DNA of 64,000 bases, from NCBI GenBank assembly GCA_050084985.1, contig JBITNC010000001.1:10354001-10418000 (forward strand), read 5' to 3'. Each line of letters begins with the position of its first letter. Within the stretch, counting starts at the first letter, position 1. The DNA comes from Nageia nagi (Eukaryota; Plantae; Pinophyta). Below the pieces are notes generated by a model. That model saw only the letters and a program-made list of their open reading frames with translations, was not told the DNA's origin and made no database searches. Shown here piece after piece: positions 53,292-63,576 of the stretch. The position numbers were made by a program, and so were the translations under genes.

Positions 53292-53457
53292 GCTCTAATA
53301 CCAAATCAAGTATTTGAAGGTTTTACAATCTCCAGTTGACAAACACTAGCCCAATGCTCTAATACCAAGTAGAGAATTTGGACCAAACAGGCTCAAGACA
53401 AGAGCGCTGAATTCAAATGATGATTTTGGAGACTCAAGGCTCCAAGCTCTAATACCA
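53292..53457 (-). repeat. Three spaced copies of a tRNA-iMet PBS-like 12-mer
   Basis: GCTCTAATACCA at 53292, 53356 and 53446 (TGGTATTAGAGC on the minus strand), separated by unrelated 52-nt and 78-nt spacers. Confidence 0.8.
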
Positions 53458-53489
53458 TAAATTTGGTCGGGGTTGCAGTAGAATTTGAT

Positions 53490-54414
53490 GTGTAAGGATT
53501 GGTTGGATCTCTAGGAAAAGCAAAACACAGAAGGAACTGAAAGTGCCGGAGACAGAGTTTCGTAGAAGTCCAAATAACAGTGCAATTTGGAAATGTCGGA
53601 GACAGAGTTTCGTAGAAGTCCAAAAAACAGTGCAGGTTGGAAATGCCGGAGTTTCGACAGATTGTGGTCAACAAGATTTCGTTGGGACTCTGGGAAAATC
53701 AATAGTATGGAATCTGCAATCTGAAGGGTGAGGGCGGAAAAAGTTTGGAACCTGAAACTAATACGATTTCTAACAAAACCTAGCACTATGACCCATCAAA
53801 ACAAACAACAAAAAATGCTCTATCTAATGGTGAAGGTCCAAAATACTTTCAAGACAGACGAAAGGGTCGAAAAGTGAGATAGAAGCAAACAAACTTCTTA
53901 AGATTCACTAAGCAAGATTGCAGTATTTTTGGATTTCAGAGTGTGTTCCATCAATAATGATGGCAAAGAGCATATGGTTGGAAAGTTATATCAACCAACA
54001 ATCCAACCAAGAAGGAAACACACAAAATGGAGATCTAGTCAGAAAGATCTAATTCCTGAAGCAAACTGAGTCAAACAAAGGCAGTTTGACAAATTATAAA
54101 ATAACAAAACTATTTGTTCAAATATGGGAATACAGACGAGTACCCACGAAGTAAAATGACCTTAAATAAGTAAATATCACCTTGGATTAGAGATGAAAGA
54201 TTTGCAAGTGTTTCTCACACATACAAGCTTTGAAATGAGTAATCACGCCACACAACCACAAGGTATTTGTAGAGCAAAAGAATGCTTTATATTCTAGAGC
54301 CACAAAATGGCAGCATAACATTACAGTAATAAGCATTAGAAAGAAAGGGAAACAATGTCCCTATTTATACAAGAAGACATTGGAGTGTAGAATGCTCCAC
54401 GTGAACTCACAGAT
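53490..54414 (-). repeat. LTR-like segment interrupted by the Tat insertion; contains a 50-bp tandem repeat
   Basis: Reverse TATA CCTATTTATAC at ~54360. 50-bp units at 53540-53589 and 53590-53639, plus a partial third. Confidence 0.55.
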
Positions 54415-55509
54415 TGTAGATCCGCACAACAACATAAATAAAGCGCTCACAAAAATCAAGGGAGGTAGTGTATATCTATACATAATAAATTTTTTAATAA
54501 AGCCCCGGTGTACTTTACTTTCAATCATGAGTTCATTTTAAGATCCCCGAGAGTTTTTTTGAAGCAAATAAAGCATGCTGGAGCGAAATGATGACATCAC
54601 GGAAGAAAGGATAGTCACAGTTTTGGTAAAGACCGGGTTCCGGAGGAGGTGAGGTCAGCAAGAGATAATTGAAGAGCCGGAGTCTGTAAATTAAGTGTTC
54701 CGGAAGTAAAGTGTTCCAGAATAAAATGATGACGTCACGGAGGAAAAGATAGTCACATTTTTGGCAAGAAATAGATCCTAGAGGAGGTGATACCTGCGAA
54801 AGGCGGAATCTTAGTTTTGAGAAGACATTACCTTCCATGACCTTCTCAGTTTTGTAACATTCGGACAAGTGGCATATATAGATGATGATAGTTAGAAGTG
54901 GCCAGAATCTTGAGGCCGCTTTTTGTAACCGTTCTGTTTTCATTTTCTTTTAACTGTTATTTTTTCAGTATAAGTGTATGAAAATAAAGTGAAGAGGGGT
55001 CGGAAGCCCTAGTTTTGCTTTTTACATTTGTTCTCTAAGATCGGCAGTTTTTATCAGTAATATGATATCATCTTGACCTTTCTTGTCTAGCACTTGTAAT
55101 TGTTATTCTTAATTAGGTTACATTGTGGCAACTTGTCATGTTTCCTGGATGATAATTACGAGCTGTTAGCATAACTGTGTCTGCATACATGGTAGAGTAA
55201 AGCTGGGAAACTACTAGAGAGTGAGAGCTTGTACTGTAGCTGCTACACTAGATTCAGGCCAAGGTTTCACACCCTGTGAAAGCCCGCGCTGAACTAGTGA
55301 TTCACCTTTACTTTCTCTCTTGTTACCCTAAGCCCTTTGCGTAAATTCTTCGCACTCTACTCCTTTTATTTTCTTTCTTGTTACTTCTCTTATACCCAAT
55401 AGATAAGGAACCGGCCTTCTCCGAAGATCAGATTGTCACCATAGTCTGTTCTTGATTTACTTTGGTTGAGATTGTTCATGGCGCATATATTACACAATCC
55501 TAATCAACA
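54415..55509 (+). repeat. 5' LTR of the Tat element
   Basis: TGTAGAT...ATCAACA termini, lying 11 nt upstream of the PBS. Duplicated block with TGAC(A/G)TCA at ~54586 and ~54724. Predicted TSD is CAGAT (54410-54414). Confidence 0.75.
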
Positions 55510-55520
55510 GTATTTCTTTT

Positions 55521-55538
55521 TGGCACGCCCGGTGGGAC
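55521..55538 (+). promoter_or_regulatory. Primer binding site, tRNA-Arg
   Basis: TGGCACGCCCGGTGGGAC is complementary to the plant tRNA-Arg 3' end, the primer typical of Tat/Ogre elements. Confidence 0.88.
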
Positions 55539-55657
55539 CCGAAGAAACTTATTGGCGACTCTGCTGAAGCACTATCTATGGTATGTATTAAAGCAGATTG
55601 TTTGTAAATATCATATGTGCTTTTGAACCTTTTATTTTCTTTTGCAACTTAGAGTTT

Positions 55658-58600
55658 ATGTGGACTAGATCTAGAACCAGAGCAGCAAAAGAAGCACCGG
55701 ATTTTAGAACGTTTGATGTTCCTAAGAGAAAGACCCTGATCAAGTCCAAGTCTCTGAATAGTATCAGCACCCTAAAATCCTTTACCAAGCCAGAACCATT
55801 CAATCTTCACACCAGAAATACCTCTCCTAAAATGGCCAATCCAGCTCAGAATATTTATCCAGCATGGGACAATGGGGTACCAATAGCCCTGGCCGTGTTG
55901 CACGACATCCCAGCAAATGTTTTCAAAACCCTTCCGGAGTTTAATGCAACTTCAGAGAAGACGGCTTATGAGCATTGTGTTGATGTAGCTGGCCTAGCTA
56001 AGATTCATAATATTCAACATGAAGATGTCATGGTGAGATTACTGGCTCAGTCTTTCAAAGGAAAGGTCTTGGATTGGTACAGGGGCCTTCCTAATGGATC
56101 TATAACCACTTGGGCTCAACTGGCAGAGCCCTTTATCTTGGAATTTAATGAATTAGGAGATCCTTTTTCTCTGTTAACACAGTTCACTTCAATCAAAAGA
56201 TATGAGCAAGAAAATATCCCTGATTTCAACATTAGATTCCAAAAAACTTGGATAAGAGTCCCAATTCCAGTCAGGCCTTAGCAATTTCAAGCCCTAATGT
56301 ATTACCTGAGAGCTTTTCCTCCGGATCTCTCTCTGCAAATCCAAAATTCCGGAGTAAATACTTTCCCGGAGGTCTATAGACAAGCAGTATATGCCGAAGC
56401 CTATCTTATTTCAGTAGGAAAATTGCCAAGTCGCATGCCAATGCCTTATTTTCCAGTAACCGCCCAAAAGCAAATTTTGAGACCTCAAGTAGTTAGTTGG
56501 GCTCCACTTCTGGCCAGTATTCTCGCCCCTGTTCAACAGTGGCCATCAACCTTGCCAGTCCCTAGAGCTCCCTTGGCCTTACCAGCCCCTCCTCAGCCTA
56601 ATATGAATCAAGGGGTAGCTTCATCGACAGAGATTCAGGAACTCCGAAATTTGTGTAGGAATATGGCAAATCAGATTACCATTCTAAGCAGGCAAAGCAA
56701 TGTAAGAAGATATCCTTATTCTGCTATAGAAAAGGCTCAGCATGTGTTAAATGAGGATGTAGATCAAGCTTCCTCTTCCGGGTCAGCCACTGGTTTGTGT
56801 TTGGCCTGCAATGATGCTCATGAACAAACAACATGTTCTCTTTATCAATACCAAGAGTATTTATCAAGAAGTGGGGGTATTCCTCTGCCTGGTGTAGCTG
56901 ACGACATGAACCAAGATGTGAACCTGATGAATTTTGCACCAGCGGATATAGGAGTTTTTGCTGTGGAAACAAGATCAGGAAAAAAACCCCTAGTCTCCGG
57001 TATTCCGGAAAGAAAAGTTGAATCCCAAAAGAGTTCCGGTTCAGTGATTCCTAAAAAGCAAGATGCAGTTTTTGGTTCTAAGGAAAAGACCCCAGAAAAG
57101 GAAACGGTTTCCCAAAAATTCCCGTTTCCGGAAACCAAACCGACGCCTAAAGCCAGTGATCAAAATCTCCGGAAGTTAAGGTTCCCTTCACTCACCAAGC
57201 ATCAGAGAAAAGACGATACTCTACAGCTTCAGGAAAGATTTACCGACAGATTTAGAAATAAAATTGGCGAACCTCCGGCTATCCCAGAGTTCAACATTAT
57301 GGCGGAGCTAAAGAGAACTCCCGCAAGAGTGTCCTTGTTTGAAGCTTTAAAAATTCCCGGGCAAATTGATTTACTGAAAATGTCTCTTATAGCATTGAAT
57401 GAAGGATGGAAAGAGTGCTTAATCTTTTTGAGACATCGAAATATCCAGGGATGGGAAAGAACAAACCTCTGGCTTTTTATATGACTCTGGAAATCGAGGG
57501 ATATGTACTTCATAATTGTCTGGTTGATTCTGGGGCAGCTACTACTGTGATGCCTAAAGCAGTGTGCGATGTGATGGGGTTGCCTATGACAAGAACATCC
57601 ACCGGAGTACTACAATTGGATTCCACACCTGTCAAAACAGTAGGAGTGATCAAAGATATAGTCCTGAAAATAAATAAGTGCCCCTCTGTAATTATTACTC
57701 AAGAAGTTGTAGTTGTTGAGCTGCCCCCTTTGTTCGGGCTATGTCTGTCTAGAGAATTTACAGCTAAAATAGGGGGTTATCTAGCAATGGACTACACCCA
57801 TTATTTGATCCCTTGTGGAAATAAGAGGGTAAGACTGAATAATGAGGAAATTTCTGAGTTTCACGTAGAGAAAAAGGAGGAGATTTGTGCAATCTTTGGC
57901 GAATTGGAAGAATCAGATGAATTGCTGGAAGAACTGCAAACCGAAGACCCTTGTAGTATGAGTATGCTCAACACTATCTACGACCTGGAGCTTGGAAATT
58001 ATTGTTTAATAGAACCGGAATCTTTCATCCCAGAACTCACAAGGGAAGATTTCCGGAGAAATGAAATTTGGGAGATGTCTTTTGATGGGGCAAAATCCAA
58101 AAATGGATCCAGAGCCGGAATTATCCTGACCAACCCAACTAGTAAGGTACATAAATTTTCTTTCAGACTCACCTGGTTGTGTTCCCATAATGCAGCAGAA
58201 TATGAAGCTCTTTGCCTTGGACTAGAACAAGCCATCAAAATGAAAATTCAGTGTTTAAAGATCGAAGGGGATTCAGAGTTGATCGTGAAATAGGTGACAG
58301 GTAAATGTTCAGTCAAGCATCATTATTTGAAATCTTACAGGAATCGGGTTTGGGATCTGTTTGAGCATTTCGAAGCATTACATATTCAGTCTGTCCCAAG
58401 GAAATTCAACCAAGAAGCTGACACCTTAGCACAAATGGGAGCCAGTTTTGATCCTACCAATGACTGGTTCCGAAGGAAGGGTGTTCAGCTCATTTTCAGG
58501 TCATCAATTCCGGATAATGATTCCTTTTGGCAGGTGTTCCGGGATGAGGCTCAAATTAACCAATTTTTATTACAACAAACTGTATGTCATGCAGTAGGTG

Positions 58601-61522
58601 AAGAGGACTCCGAAGTTTTCCGGGAGCAAGACATAATTCAGCTGAACAATAATAAAATCCCTAAGGATTTGATTCCATTCGAAGGATTGTTTGACAGGAG
58701 TGACCAAGTAAAAAGAAGAGGTATGAATATAAACCCAGATAACTATAAAGAACATGAAGTTTTTCCGGGTAAGTCATTAAAAATTGGTATATCTAATACT
58801 CCGGAACAGATTCAGGAAATTGTACAATTATGCAAAACATATGTTAATGTTATTGCTTGGTCTTATGATGATTTAAAGGTTTTTGATAGATCAGTGATAC
58901 AGCATACAATTGAGTTGATAGATAATGATAAACCAGTCAGACAAAAACAAAGACCAGTAAACCCTAAGATTGAAGTTGCCATGAAGTAGGAGGTTCTGAA
59001 ATTGTACAAGGTTGGGATAATTTATCCCATCAAGCATTCCACTTGGGTAGCTAATCTTGTGCCTGTCCGGAAGAAAAATGGCGATATAAGGTTGTGTGTG
59101 GATTTCCGGGGCTTAAACAGAGTATCTTTGAAAGATCACTATCCCTTACCGCCAATGGAACAGATACTAAATACTGTAGCTGGTGCAGAAAAGTTCTCTT
59201 TGATAGACGGTTTCTCCGGGTACAATCAGGTTTGGGTCCGGAATGAGATCAATTTAAAACAGCTTTTACAACTAAATGGGGCACATTTGCTTTTCAGAGA
59301 ATGCCTTTCGGACTGTCCAATGCAGGAGCTACTTTCCAAAGAGCTATGGATCATGCCTTCGGAGAGTTAGTAAACAAGAGTGTATTGGTGTATCTTAATG
59401 ATATTACTGTTTTCTCACATGACAAAAATTTACATGTTCAACACTGGAGCAGGCCTTCATCAAATGTAAAAGGTATGGCATATCTTTGAACCCTAAAAAG
59501 TCAGTTTTTGCAGTAGATGAGGGAAAATTACTAGGTCATGTTATTTCAAAAGAAGGTTGGGCTGTTGATCCGGATAGGATTAAAGCGATAAATGACTTAG
59601 TTGTTCCGTCCAATAAGAAGTCCCTGTAGTCCTTTCTTGGTTAGATTAATTTTGTCAGGAGATTCATTCAGGATTTCTCAAGTATTATCAAACCCATCAC
59701 CCGGATGTTAAAAAAGATACTCCTTTTTGTGGACTGAAGAAGGTAAAGAAGCTTTTCAAAAAATCAAGCGGTAATTACTAAAGCTCCTGTACTAAGAAAC
59801 CCAGACTTTAGCAAAGAGTTTATTCTGTATGCTTATGGTTCTGATACCAGTGTAGCAGCTGTCTTAACACAGAGGTATGAAAGAAACGAAGAATACCCTA
59901 TTGCATTTTTCAGTCAGACCTTGAGTAATTGTGAGGAAAAGTACACATTTATTGAAAAACAAGTGTTGGCGATTCTTAAAGCTCTTGGTAAATTGAAGCA
60001 TTATGTAGCTCAGAGTAAGGTTTTGATCCTAACCATTCATCCAGATGTTAGATCTTACATTATGCAGGGAGAAATTGGGGAAGGAAGACCCGGTTGGATT
60101 TCGAAAATCCTCGAGTATGATGTAGAGATTCGGCCTACCAAGCTCATAAAAGGAAGAGCGCTTTGTGAGCAGCTTGCGAAATCCACGCCATCGGATGAAG
60201 GGATGATATGTTTTATCGAACAAGAAACCCCGGAGCCAAGATATGAGAACACAACAGATGATTAGATGGATCAATTAAGCAGATATTTTGAGTCCGGGAA
60301 GCTCCTTGTTAACATGAATGCGTCCCAGAGGAGGCGGTTCAGAATACACGCTCAAAATTACATAGAGATAGATCAAGTACTGTATAGAAGGAATCATGAT
60401 GGTGTTTTGTTGAGATGCGTACCCATGACAAAGACAGCAAAGCTGATCGAAGAATTTCATTTTGGAATATCCGGAGGTCATTATTCGGGATACACAATGG
60501 TGAGTAAGATCATCCAAGCTGGATATTATTGGCCTACTATGTTTAAAGAAGCCTTTGCAAAATCCCAGAGCTGTGAGAAAGTCAGAGATTCGTGGGAAGG
60601 AAGAGAAGTGCAGCGTTACCGCTAGAACCAATTCAGGCCGAAGAACCTTTTCAACAATGGGGGTTGGATTTTATTGGAGTTATTAATCCCAATTCGTCGT
60701 TTGGGCACAAATTCATTCTCACCGCTACAGACTTTTTCACCAGATGGGCAGAAGGAAAGGTGTAAAGGAAGCAAATCAGAAGACGTTCTAAAATTTATTG
60801 AGAAATTAATCACCAGGTATGGTATTCCCCAAACTATCATTTCAGATAATGGCTTAGCATTTGTGGGGGCAGAGGTTACTGATTTTGCCATGAGGTTTGG
60901 TATCTATTGGAAGACGTCTTCGAATTATTACCCTAAGGGTAATGGGCTGGCTGAGTCTACGAACAAGAATTTGATCCGGATTCTCAAAAGAACAGTGGAA
61001 GATAATCCCCGACTTGGCATGAAAAGCTCAATTGGGCGTTGTGGGCAGACAGGATCACAGTGAAGCTAGCTATTAAGGCCAGCCCGTATACATTAGTGTA
61101 CGGTAAAAGGGCTGTATTACCAAGTCATTTTGAGCTTCCGGCTTTGAAAATTTTACAGGAGTATGGGGAAGATTTTGAACCACTACAAGTCCGCATGAAC
61201 GAATTATTACTTGGAAGAACTCCGGAACCAATCATATCAAAATTTGCAAAACAGAAATGAAATAGTTAAGAAATGGTTTGATAACCGAAAAGCCACTCCG
61301 GAAAATTTTAATGAGGGAGATCTGGTATTGAAATGAGATGAGGACAGAGCTAAGGCAGGGAAACATAAAAAGTTTGAGTCCTTATGGTCCGGACCTTACA
61401 TGATAGCCAGATGCGCGGGAAAAAACTCATTTGAAATAGCGAAATTGAACGGGTGGCGGCTGCCGATCTTGGTAAATGGGCAGCATTTAAAGCGTTATAA
61501 ACCCGCATGTGCGGGAGATTGA
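55658..61522 (+). pseudogene. gag-pol polyprotein (gag, CX2CX3HX4C knuckle, protease, aRH, RT, RNase H, integrase), disrupted
   Basis: Gag QSFKGKVLDWY, knuckle CLACNDAHEQTTC, protease LVDSGA (~57520). aRH motifs FDGA..NAAEYEAL..GDSELIV..NQEADTLA at 58066-58440. RT motifs LCVDFR, PFGLSNAG and YLND. Integrase motifs WGLDF, ISDNG, GLAESTNK and WSGPY. About 15 stops and frameshifts. Confidence 0.92.
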
Positions 61523-61935
61523 TCGAAAGAAAGGATATGATTTTGTACACATTGTAAATAGCGTGTTGTGTTCATTTATTTTAAGCAAGTGTGATTGTTG
61601 TTTGTCATTTAATAGCAGTGAAATATTAATGGGAATAACACGTTTGCGCCGACAGAATTGGAGTTTCCGAGAAAATCAACAGTATCAAATCTCGAGATTT
61701 CCAAGAAAATCAAGAAAGATCAGACCTGTTATAAATGAAAGTACTGATGGAGTTATTTCGCGCAAGTAAAAGGCGGTGCATTAACCCTTGAAGTTGATTT
61801 TAAAAGGGCCAAAGGCGGTTCATTTCAAATTTACCCAAACTTCAAATTCACGAGAGAGCTAAAGATCAAAAGGCAAGAAGCACAGAATATTGTCGGCAGT
61901 GATTAGAGTAAGCAGAGTATTTCAGAATATTGAGC

Positions 61936-63576
61936 ATGGCCCCCCCTCAAACCAAAGTCGCTAAAGGAGTTATTGATTCAATGGAGTTGCTGCAAGACAC
62001 CAAAATAACGGCTCAAAACAAAAATCCTAAGGGCACAACTGAAGAAAAGTGCCCGAATTTTAGCTTTAACCATATTGAACATGCTCCCATGGGGTCGGGG
62101 TTAATGTATTTCATTCCCCATAGATGCCTTCCAGCGCCTGAGTTGGTAGATTTAGTAAAAAGGGGGTTTGATGCTACCTCGAGGACTGTCAAAAATCCTC
62201 TTGGTAAAATTGTTCTCAGCCTGGACCCCCCTTCAATTGTAAAAGCTTTCAACCCGCCGCCACCTCAATCCACTCCCATGGCAGTGAATTGGGATATAAG
62301 GCCAAGTGCTAATTTGAAAACAAATCTTCTAACTTGGCTAAACAAGAATGCAGAGGGTGCAATGAGTTTCAAAGAGGTCCCTCAGTCAGAAGTCTTGCTA
62401 GCCAGTTTTAACACACATGCTCAGTTGTTACTGTCCATGTTGTCAATTGCTGCAGGAGAGCAATCTGACAGATATATTTCCCTGAGCAAGCTGACCATAG
62501 CATATCTGATATCCCACCCCAGATCCCCCGTTATTTATAACTGGTCAGTTGCTATTTCAAATGGGATCTCCGAGCAGTTACGAAGAATAGAGGAAGGTTC
62601 CCATTTTGCTTTCGTCTCATACCTAATTTGGTTATTCATTCATCAGAATTCTGATTATTTTTCTCAAATGACCCTGAATAAGCAAAGTGAGGACGGGTCC
62701 CTCAAATCTATAGATAAATGGATTGAAGAGGTTAGAACGGGAGCTGATTATTACAATTTTGTAGAGCATTTTTTATTTCCAGCAATGAGTTTAATGGCTC
62801 CGGCAATCCCAAGATTATCGGCAGCCTCCCAACTATACCTCAGGATGCCACATGGCGAGACAGGAGATTGGTTTTTTGCTGAGGAGGGGACTTTCATAAG
62901 GTTGTACGGTTTTTCGGGGGCTCCATTTTTGCTACCTATTCATGTCACAGATTGGGTTTTTAGCATGGAGTTCGCCAGGCAGACGGACTACATAGATGCC
63001 AAGTACGGGACAGCGGGGAAGAAGAGGGTCACTTACAGCCTCCCACTTAGAGTCCATGATTTGGTGTTGCAGAGTAGGGGCGGAAGCGAGGGTCTAGAAC
63101 AAAAGCTTCTGGGGCTGAGACTTAAAAAGATAAACCAATTTTTGTTGTATGACCCGGAGGATATTTTCGGCAAGAAGTTGAGAAGCCAACCTAATTCTCC
63201 GGGCTTCAAGGCAGATATAAGGCCGGAGTTCGAGCAGTGGAGAAATCCAGCAAGTGAAGACCGGGTGATGCCCCGGAACTTGCTTTTAAAAGATTTATTG
63301 CCTCCATGGATGAGCTTTTATGAGAAGAAAGCCAATTTTGACCCTCAGACGGACTCCATCTCAAAAGCATCCCTGACTACCCTGAGGAGTCAAAAGTGGA
63401 GTGAAGAGAAAATTGCGGCATTTGTACGATACAGAGTTGAGTCCGGAAATAAGCTTTCTCCTTTGGAGTCCGATTTGGACGACAAATTTGAGGAGATGTG
63501 GCAGATTGAGCATCCTACGGATGTCTCATTGGATGATTCTTTAGCAAGTTTTGGTGGAGAGGAGCAGCAACAATAG
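61936..63576 (+). CDS. Uninterrupted 546-aa accessory ORF downstream of pol, function unknown
   Basis: ATG at 61936 in AGCATGG context, with no stops over 1.64 kb. Shares ordered motifs with 27628-31115. The terminal TAG lies at the inversion junction. Confidence 0.82.
   Translation: MAPPQTKVAKGVIDSMELLQDTKITAQNKNPKGTTEEKCPNFSFNHIEHAPMGSGLMYFIPHRCLPAPELVDLVKRGFDATSRTVKNPLGKIVLSLDPPSIVKAFNPPPPQSTPMAVNWDIRPSANLKTNLLTWLNKNAEGAMSFKEVPQSEVLLASFNTHAQLLLSMLSIAAGEQSDRYISLSKLTIAYLISHPRSPVIYNWSVAISNGISEQLRRIEEGSHFAFVSYLIWLFIHQNSDYFSQMTLNKQSEDGSLKSIDKWIEEVRTGADYYNFVEHFLFPAMSLMAPAIPRLSAASQLYLRMPHGETGDWFFAEEGTFIRLYGFSGAPFLLPIHVTDWVFSMEFARQTDYIDAKYGTAGKKRVTYSLPLRVHDLVLQSRGGSEGLEQKLLGLRLKKINQFLLYDPEDIFGKKLRSQPNSPGFKADIRPEFEQWRNPASEDRVMPRNLLLKDLLPPWMSFYEKKANFDPQTDSISKASLTTLRSQKWSEEKIAAFVRYRVESGNKLSPLESDLDDKFEEMWQIEHPTDVSLDDSLASFGGEEQQQ

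Noticed and set aside
53292-53660. CRISPR array (12-mer repeats with spacers; 50-bp repeats)
   Set aside because: The context is a eukaryotic TE region with no cas genes. The 12-mer is a tRNA-Met PBS and the 50-mers are plain tandem repeats.
61936-63576. Calling the accessory ORF a retroviral env or a captured host gene
   Set aside because: There is no clear signal peptide or C-terminal membrane anchor, no introns and no host family I recognise. Its only visible homologue is also TE-borne.
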